Made by a program: the position numbers and the translations under genes. The notes under the pieces were generated by a model, which saw only the letters and a list, made by a program, of their open reading frames with translations, was not told the origin of the DNA and searched no databases. DNA of 64,000 bases from Minisyncoccota bacterium (GTDB taxonomy: Bacteria; Patescibacteriota; Minisyncoccia; Phycocordibacterales; UBA9973), in the NCBI GenBank assembly GCA_041665885.1, contig JBAYHY010000001.1, positions 5,715-69,714 on the forward strand, in the 5' to 3' direction. Shown here piece after piece: positions 57,091 through 64,000 of the stretch (within the stretch, counting starts at the first letter, position 1; each line of letters starts with the position of its first letter).

Positions 57091-60000
57091 CTAGGGCGCT
57101 GGTTCCGTCGGGGGTTCCGGGGCTGGGTCAGCAGGGGCTGGGTCAGCGCAAACATTATTTACAAGTACCTGTGGAGCAACACATGTCGGGACGACTGGCG
57201 CGGGATCAGTGCAGGCGCCATCTACCAGGATTTGTGGAGCGGTGCAAACAGGCACTTCGGGAGCTGGGTCTACACATACATTGTCCACCAGGACTTGTGG
57301 AGCAACACAAGCAGGGGTGATAGGGACAACGCTTCCACCACCAGCACCCACCATCGCCTCAAGGGTGTCACCATTTGCGCAGAATTCCGTACCATCCGCT
57401 TTTGCCACACAAAGCTCTTTCGTATGAACACGATTGGCAAAGAAGTCCCCTATCCCATTCGTAGCATCTGCGAGCCAGGTACCCATGTTGGCAAAGAAAG
57501 CTGTCACGAAAGATTCGGAAGTGGAACCGGGTTCAGGGATAACTGTTCCGGCAATTCCTTCCAAGTTCAAATTGAGTTCCTTCACGGCATTAACGGTCGT
57601 GGCTAAAATAGCGTTTGTATCTAGGCCATAAGGATTCCCCAAGGAGTCATGGGTGGCCAATTCCGGAGCGACGGAATTTACTTCTTCAGAAATAAATCCG
57701 AAATGAATCGCATCGCCCATATTCATGTCCGGTTTGAATGTATACGAAACAGGACGAAGAGCCATCAGATTCGCCAAGCTGTCGGACAAATCATCGATGC
57801 TGTCCTTGAAACGTTCCGATGAAGGAGTACAAATAATGTTCCCGGAAACATCCACCGAGATAGTCCCGGCCGTGGTGCATCCCGCTTGTTGGATTACTCC
57901 CGCATTCGTCACACTAAACTTACTTACCCCTCCTACCTGTGCATCAATTAAATTCCCGCTTGTCTTTGCGGTAGGGTTGATTAAAAAATCTGTGAGAGCG
58001 GAAGAATCTGCTTTTACTAAATGCAATTGTGCTGTCGGTGCTGTTATCCCGATACCGACACTGCCGTTGTTTAGAATCGTCATCGCTGTCGTTCCAGCAC
58101 TTTCTCCCACCTTTAAAATAAGGTTTGCATTGGTCAAAGTATTTCCGGTAGTATTGTTGCCCTGTAAGGTCAGGGTGCCGTTCGCCACCGTTGAACCATT
58201 GACCAATGGGTCAGTAATTGACGTCGTAAAGGTCGGAGAATTTAGACGGACAAAATTCCCAGTCCCCGTGCCCGTGTATTCCGCCGAAGTGAGGTGGTAA
58301 TATTGATCCGCACTCCCTCCCTGCAACCCTACGAGTTGATTATGACGAACAACCATCGGAGTGTGAAAGTGAGTATAATTGGCTGTTCCATTATGTACTA
58401 GGCTAACTGTCGTATTCGATGTCCTTGTTGTTCGTCCATAAAATTTAACCACCAACCTGTCTGTAGGATTAATAGCAAAGGCCGGCTGCACGGTTGTGAC
58501 TGAAGCCAAAAATACTGAGGTAGAATTAATATCTGGAGTCTCTGTCGTAAACAAAAGCGTTTCCACTCCTCCCGAGTCTCTCTTGTAAACCTCTGCCCTG
58601 ATGACTGATATTTGGACTGTGCTACTTAAATATCCATAGATGTCAAATTGCCACACTCCAGCCTCTATGGAAGTACTTCCCAACCCGAGAGGTGAAGAAG
58701 CATATGATTCAATCAACGCTGTGCTGTTGTTCACAACAACAGAATCGACAATTTGAGGAAGACTAGTCGGGGCGGGGGTCAGGGTAACGTACGACGGAAT
58801 ATCGGAGGCAGTATCGTCTAAATAAAAACTGACTCCGGCGCCACCACTTACCGTATCTGGATTTACATTCACCCAGGTACTGCCATTATATGCCAAGACC
58901 TGGTTTGCGGTGGGTGTCAGTGCCCCAACGTCGGAAAGGTTCGCTAGTCCTATTTGTGTGCCATCAATTCTAAACAAGGACCCTGACGATAAATTCAAAT
59001 CCCCCGCTACGTCTAATTTATACCCGGGTACAATTGTTCCAATCCCGACTCTATGATTTACTGAATCCACAAAAAGAGAATTAGTGTCCACCGTTAAACT
59101 ATGAGCTCCTAAATCTACATTTGAAGTTCCCCCAGTAAAAGGAACATACGAGGAGAGACTACCCGTCGTTGCGAATGCACTCGCATGATTGCCATCCAAC
59201 ATATCTGCATTAAGATTAGAAACAAGGGTAGTCGAGGCGATAGACAATGGAGCCGTACCTGTCGCTATTGCAGACTTCAAAGTATTCCCGCGCACTTCAC
59301 CAGTATCTCCATCGAGCCAGGCTGAAGAAGTAGAGCCATTGTTTGTCTCAATATGACTCGGAGTGATGAGAGAGAGATGCCCTGTCCCATCTGTATAATT
59401 CATACCGCCAAGAAAGCCCCCCAACATGAACGAAAGGTTTTGATTTTGTGTAGGATCAGATGAATCGTTGTAAGAAAGACTAATATTGTTCGTGGCTACT
59501 GTCGTAGCTTGTGTAACCGTACCAATCGTCTGTAAAAAAGTTAAATTATTCTGAGCAAGAGAAGTGTAGTCGGTACTTGGAGTTCCGAAAAATACATTGC
59601 CGGGCTTGATTGACCCGCTGGTTGTTAAATCATTTACTCCCAAATCCACATCCCCCGTCGCCCCGGTGTAAGGCACCAGGCCAGACAAATCAGGAATACT
59701 GCCAACTGGTCCCCAGGCTGTACCATTAAAATATTTGTAAGTATTGGTAGTGGTGTCGTAAGAGAGATCTCCGGCCACTCCTGTAGGCAGTGAAGCAGTA
59801 GGAAAACCTGTGCTGTTGAAATATTTTGCCGTTAGTTTGTTTCCACCCAAAGCGACATCCCCCGTCGCCCCAGTGTAATGTAAAACATCATCAGATAAAT
59901 CATGTATCGTGTCATTGATTGAATCATATATTGCAGCCACTTGATTATCAAAGAAAGATTTAGAAACAAAAGAAGATGTGTTGATGCTCCCTCCCCCCGA

Positions 60001-60339
60001 TGAACCTTGAGGGCCTGCTGGACCTACGGGACCCTGCGCGCCAGTCGGGCCGACTGGACCACGGGGACCTGTTGGACCTGAAATTCCTTGAGAACCCTGC
60101 GCGCCAGGAGCAGCAACTTGAATCACCGGAGATGGGACATTTGTTTTTATGGGCGCTATACTTGAGGGAACGACCACTTCAAACACAAATGGAGAAATGA
60201 GATTTTTATATGCATCGACTAAATATGTAAAAGGATTGAAAGCTAGGGCTGGAGTGGCAAAAGAAAAAGTGGCCGATAGAAAGAATATCGAGATTAAAAA
60301 CTTTTTTATAAATAATATAAAACTTTTCTTTTTTAACAT
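57091..60339 (-). CDS. Large surface protein: collagen-like repeat, tail-fibre-like repeats, peptidase S74 chaperone domain, Cys/Pro repeats
   Basis: Signal peptide; G-X-Y run; YTGATGDVDLG-like repeats; SSERFKDSI...GFISEEV...VKELN. Confidence 0.8.
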   Translation of the reverse strand: MLKKKSFILFIKKFLISIFFLSATFSFATPALAFNPFTYLVDAYKNLISPFVFEVVVPSSIAPIKTNVPSPVIQVAAPGAQGSQGISGPTGPRGPVGPTGAQGPVGPAGPQGSSGGGSINTSSFVSKSFFDNQVAAIYDSINDTIHDLSDDVLHYTGATGDVALGGNKLTAKYFNSTGFPTASLPTGVAGDLSYDTTTNTYKYFNGTAWGPVGSIPDLSGLVPYTGATGDVDLGVNDLTTSGSIKPGNVFFGTPSTDYTSLAQNNLTFLQTIGTVTQATTVATNNISLSYNDSSDPTQNQNLSFMLGGFLGGMNYTDGTGHLSLITPSHIETNNGSTSSAWLDGDTGEVRGNTLKSAIATGTAPLSIASTTLVSNLNADMLDGNHASAFATTGSLSSYVPFTGGTSNVDLGAHSLTVDTNSLFVDSVNHRVGIGTIVPGYKLDVAGDLNLSSGSLFRIDGTQIGLANLSDVGALTPTANQVLAYNGSTWVNVNPDTVSGGAGVSFYLDDTASDIPSYVTLTPAPTSLPQIVDSVVVNNSTALIESYASSPLGLGSTSIEAGVWQFDIYGYLSSTVQISVIRAEVYKRDSGGVETLLFTTETPDINSTSVFLASVTTVQPAFAINPTDRLVVKFYGRTTRTSNTTVSLVHNGTANYTHFHTPMVVRHNQLVGLQGGSADQYYHLTSAEYTGTGTGNFVRLNSPTFTTSITDPLVNGSTVANGTLTLQGNNTTGNTLTNANLILKVGESAGTTAMTILNNGSVGIGITAPTAQLHLVKADSSALTDFLINPTAKTSGNLIDAQVGGVSKFSVTNAGVIQQAGCTTAGTISVDVSGNIICTPSSERFKDSIDDLSDSLANLMALRPVSYTFKPDMNMGDAIHFGFISEEVNSVAPELATHDSLGNPYGLDTNAILATTVNAVKELNLNLEGIAGTVIPEPGSTSESFVTAFFANMGTWLADATNGIGDFFANRVHTKELCVAKADGTEFCANGDTLEAMVGAGGGSVVPITPACVAPQVLVDNVCVDPAPEVPVCTAPQILVDGACTDPAPVVPTCVAPQVLVNNVCADPAPADPAPEPPTEPAP

Positions 60340-60425
60340 CCTTTTTCCTTGCTACCACTCTCTATTATTATACAACAATTTAACACACCAAGAAAGAAAA
60401 TACGAACAAGATATGCTTATTATTT

Positions 60426-62105
60426 CTACAGCTCTTCTTGTTGGGGAGCGATAATTCTGGCTCGCCAGAACTTCGTCTTAAGCGCCTTGATTAGTTCGTT
60501 CAATTCTTCATTCTTCAACAAATACAAAACCACCACCGCAGAAATTATGCCTAAAATTCCGGAAATAAAACCCTGCAGAAAAACACCCCAGAAAGTCGTC
60601 GTGCCGAAAACCGGAGAAAGAATATTTAAACTCAAATAGCCGACCAATCCCAGGAAAAAAGAGGCACCTAAGCTTTGGAAAAAAGTCTTGGTGATAAAGG
60701 ATTCTTCCGGCATAAAATCTTTTTTCACGAAAATCCAGTGCAGAACAAAATTTAAAATGGTACCCACAGAATACGCGAGTGGGAGCATGAGCACCTCTGT
60801 ACCAGAGATGTCACTCACCTTGAGGAGGGACTCAATAAAATATCGGAAGAAAAGCCAATTTTGAAAGAGATGAATGAAGAAAAAAGATAAAATAATAATC
60901 AAAACAGAACACAGGAGGTTTACTGTGAGCGGACGCTTCGTATTGCCCGTCGCATAATACGAACGAGATAAAAGCGTAATCATCCCCTGGGCCAAGATCG
61001 AAACAGAAAATATCGCCAAACAAGCAGCGACTAAACGAGTATCATCCCAGGAAAAAGAACCGGAGCCTAAAATCACGCGCACGATTTGAGCCCGAAGCAC
61101 AATAAAAAGAAAAATAACAGGTAAGGACCAAAAAACAATCGCCCTCGATGCTTCTTTTAGGTGTATTTTGAATTCCTCTTTTTTTCCGCCACTAAAAGAT
61201 TTCGCTAACGTCGGAAAAGCGGCGACCGCATAAGATATTCCGATAATATTCAATGGAACAGACTGAAGATTGAAAGAAAAATTAAAAATCGAGATAGACC
61301 CGCTTTTCAAAAAGGAGGCGAGCGCGATAATACAGATAAGGGCAATATTGTTGAAAGCAAGCCCCATCGTTCGCGGGAGTGAAGTCATAGCAACACTTTT
61401 AATATCCTTGAAATTAACAGCAAGGGAAAATCTGGGAGTAAAACCACAGCGATGAGAAGAAAATGCCTGAATACCGAAATGCATGAGGGCGCCTAGCGCC
61501 ACCCCCATGGCCAAGCCGGAGATTCCGAAAATCGGATAGAGCAAAATAACTCCGACAATAATTCCCACATTATAAAAAATCGGACTTAAGGAATAAATAA
61601 AAAATTTGTGGAAAAGCTGAGTGACCGTCCCGAAAAGATTCGAAAGTCCCATCAATATCGGGGAAAGAAGCATTATGCGGGAAAGCAAGACGACTTTCGC
61701 TTGATAAAATGGAGTGAAACCAGGGGCAATCAAATCCGCCAAATATGGCATCAGAAAAAAAGCGAGAAGAGCAACCAAAACCATTAGAGAAAAGAAAACG
61801 GTGAAAACATCGTTCAAATATTTCCGTGCCTTGTCGGTCACCTTGTCCCCATCCATCCGAGCAACGATAAAAGGAATAATTACCGTTATCGAAGCGAGAG
61901 AAGCGATAGAAATAAAAATTAAATCCGGCACTCGAAAAGCCGCATAATAAGCATCGAGTGCGGGCGAAGGACCGATGATGTGAGCAAAAGCCCGATCACG
62001 GAAAAGTGCCAGAACCTGAGACAAAAGAGTAAAAGAACCCAAAAGAAGTGCCGCCTGATTTATGCTTCCGGATTCTTTTGTAAAAATTCTCAGTATTTTC
62101 TCCAT
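60426..62105 (-). CDS. murJ: Lipid II flippase
   Basis: LALFRDR, DAYYAAFRVPD, AAFPTL, RSYYA. Confidence 0.93.
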   Translation of the reverse strand: MEKILRIFTKESGSINQAALLLGSFTLLSQVLALFRDRAFAHIIGPSPALDAYYAAFRVPDLIFISIASLASITVIIPFIVARMDGDKVTDKARKYLNDVFTVFFSLMVLVALLAFFLMPYLADLIAPGFTPFYQAKVVLLSRIMLLSPILMGLSNLFGTVTQLFHKFFIYSLSPIFYNVGIIVGVILLYPIFGISGLAMGVALGALMHFGIQAFSSHRCGFTPRFSLAVNFKDIKSVAMTSLPRTMGLAFNNIALICIIALASFLKSGSISIFNFSFNLQSVPLNIIGISYAVAAFPTLAKSFSGGKKEEFKIHLKEASRAIVFWSLPVIFLFIVLRAQIVRVILGSGSFSWDDTRLVAACLAIFSVSILAQGMITLLSRSYYATGNTKRPLTVNLLCSVLIIILSFFFIHLFQNWLFFRYFIESLLKVSDISGTEVLMLPLAYSVGTILNFVLHWIFVKKDFMPEESFITKTFFQSLGASFFLGLVGYLSLNILSPVFGTTTFWGVFLQGFISGILGIISAVVVLYLLKNEELNELIKALKTKFWRARIIAPQQEEL

Positions 62106-62117
62106 TAGCTATGCAAT

Positions 62118-64000
62118 TTATCTTTTAGGAGCAACTTCAGCAGGAGTGGGCTCGGGGGTAGAATTAGAATTTTTTAGAGAGTCTACGTATTGAATTAAGT
62201 TCTTGTCGGTCGGCACAAGCGAAAGAGCTTTTTGCGCATAAGTAAGCGCCTCCCCGCTATTCCCTTGTTTTTTTGCTATTTGAGAAAGAATAACCAAAGC
62301 ATCGACATAATCACCCTTCAAAGACAAAGCTGCCAATGCATAATCTTTCGCTTCCTGTGTTTTCCCATCAGAAAATGCGGCGCTTGCTTGAGCAAGTTTG
62401 ATGCCCGGATTTAATGGATTAAGAAGTGACGCTGCCCCATAGGCGACAACGGCATTGCTATAAGCATCCTTGACCCCTAGGGCTCCGACTTCTTCATACA
62501 TTGAACCAAGCAATTGAGAGTTCAAATAATTTAACGGATTATAATTCACCGCCCCCTGCGCCCCGCTGATAACTTGATCAAAACTCGTCTGCAAACTTGC
62601 CTTATCCTCGTCAGAAAGATCTGCCCCCTTGTTCACTACAGATTTCAACTTCAAAAGATATATTTGAGAATATGTACGTAAGTATAAATCATTTTGATAT
62701 AGTCCAAGGGCTTTCCTTATGTTCGTTTCAGCATTGGCTTCTGTCGACGCAGACAGGGCCTTGCCGAAATACGAAACAGAAGCAAATTTTTCTATATATT
62801 TGAATGAAATGGCAATAGAAAAAACAACTAAAAGAATAAGCACCAGGATAGAGAAGAAACTTTTTCGATGATCGTTCAAAAATAGAATCGACACTTCTCG
62901 GCCAGAGCTGGAAGCGATTAATCCGATGAACACTCCGATCAGAGCGAAGGACAATAAAAACATCGTTACTCCGGTAAAATAAAAGAATGAAGAAATCAAA
63001 AGATAAATCGATAAAACAAAGAACACCATCACATCCCAATTTACTCCATTTTTTATATTAGAAAAAATTGATTTTATTCCAATAAACAAAAACAGAATAA
63101 AAAATACTAGCCAGGAAAGAATCCCAAGGCCTCCGGTCGTGGCAAAAAAGGTCGTCAATAATCCTGAACCCGAATTGAATGAAACATCCCAGAATTGGGT
63201 ATCATTAATGGAGAGTGGTTTATACATTGACCATGCTTCACTAAATCTATTTGGACCAATACCCAAGAGAGGATGTTTGACAAGTACTCCCTTCGTAATA
63301 GACATCGTCGCCCCCAAGGATGGACTTATCTCCGTATTTGAAGTGTGCAAAAGACTTGGAACAACGTCACCGAGATATCCCATACCGACTGTCGGAATAG
63401 GGACTAATGGATTTAGGAAAAATAACAGAGCGATAATAACCACCACAAAAGAAATTACCGGGAAATTTTTTCTCTTCTCTCCTCCTTCTTCATTTTTGTG
63501 AACAGTAATTGAAACTTTGTAAACAAAAATAATTAAACTGGAAATTCCAAGAAGAATCCAGACCAAAGGAAAATTCACCGCTGCCGCCAATAATATCGAA
63601 GTTAAAATAAATATTTCTAACAAAATCTTTTCTATTTTAGTAACTGAAAAAACCTCTATCACTAAAAGGAACATCAATCCGGAAAAACCCGCAAAAAGAC
63701 CCAGGGCATTCCAGGACCCGAGGACATTTCCCGTCTTATCAGCCAAAATTCCCAAGGATAAAATCTTGGGCATAAATAGATGAAATCCCTGAAAAATCAA
63801 AACGAGGGCGGAAGACAATATCGTTCCGAATAACACGATTCTTGCTTGTTTGAGAGTTCGAAAAACCACCGCAGACATAAACATCAAGACAAAACCAGAA
63901 AAAATAAACCAAAAACTCCCAATATCAAACATTGTACCAAACAGCGAAACTCCGGGTCTTCCCGAAAAAAGAGCGGACAGCAATAGAACTAAAGACACGC
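62118..64000 (-). CDS. Polytopic membrane protein with O-antigen-ligase-like core and C-terminal TPRs (5' end outside window)
   Basis: Many TMs; HPLLGIGPNRF; TPR-like helices. Confidence 0.7.
   Translation of the reverse strand, partial: VSLVLLLSALFSGRPGVSLFGTMFDIGSFWFIFSGFVLMFMSAVVFRTLKQARIVLFGTILSSALVLIFQGFHLFMPKILSLGILADKTGNVLGSWNALGLFAGFSGLMFLLVIEVFSVTKIEKILLEIFILTSILLAAAVNFPLVWILLGISSLIIFVYKVSITVHKNEEGGEKRKNFPVISFVVVIIALLFFLNPLVPIPTVGMGYLGDVVPSLLHTSNTEISPSLGATMSITKGVLVKHPLLGIGPNRFSEAWSMYKPLSINDTQFWDVSFNSGSGLLTTFFATTGGLGILSWLVFFILFLFIGIKSIFSNIKNGVNWDVMVFFVLSIYLLISSFFYFTGVTMFLLSFALIGVFIGLIASSSGREVSILFLNDHRKSFFSILVLILLVVFSIAISFKYIEKFASVSYFGKALSASTEANAETNIRKALGLYQNDLYLRTYSQIYLLKLKSVVNKGADLSDEDKASLQTSFDQVISGAQGAVNYNPLNYLNSQLLGSMYEEVGALGVKDAYSNAVVAYGAASLLNPLNPGIKLAQASAAFSDGKTQEAKDYALAALSLKGDYVDALVILSQIAKKQGNSGEALTYAQKALSLVPTDKNLIQYVDSLKNSNSTPEPTPAEVAPKR

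Noticed and set aside
57091-60339. Prophage or diversity-generating retroelement target
   Set aside because: No capsid, terminase, integrase or reverse transcriptase, and no template/variable repeat pair seen.
1098-63501. Many short antisense and overlapping ORFs in the ORF track
   Set aside because: They are shadows of well-supported genes on the other strand or frame, with no motifs or initiation signals.

Overview
This is a gene-dense, AT-rich bacterial chromosome segment that uses genetic code 11. Its gene content and protein styles point to a Patescibacteria/CPR (Parcubacteria-like) organism; this is an inference. Housekeeping genes include rplY, fba, gatB, obgE, mraZ-rsmH-ftsL-ftsI-murF, lysS, greA, rpsU, ybeY, ftsA, ftsZ, tsaD, valS, ppsA, eno, lepA and murJ. 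The window also holds six tRNA loci with seven tRNA genes, an ApbE/FMN-bind/RnfD-FNR flavinylation module, an ECF sigma with a probable anti-sigma, and a 1082-aa tail-fibre-like surface protein. No integrase, transposase, reverse transcriptase or CRISPR array was seen. The most unusual signal is a second expression layer between housekeeping genes. About ten housekeeping genes look leaderless, with a -10 box 6-8 nt before the ATG and no Shine-Dalgarno (SD). In contrast, nine self-contained, generally more GC-rich units each carry their own sigma70-type promoter, and nearly all end in a terminator hairpin. Some encode orphan proteins with strong AGGAGG sites and others encode apparent structured ncRNAs. 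These RNAs are twin units with a fixed frame and swapped interior (11142-11672), an RNA whose 5' end is an exact 11-nt complement of the neighbouring operon's SD region (26714-26950), and a ~520-nt pseudoknotted transcript with small ORFs (16872-17422). A covarying palindromic element that ends in the ATG of three genes, in-frame palindromes inside tsaD, lepA and rsmH, and 5'-half tRNA duplications add further unexplained structure. All RNA structures were read by eye and need computational and experimental confirmation.
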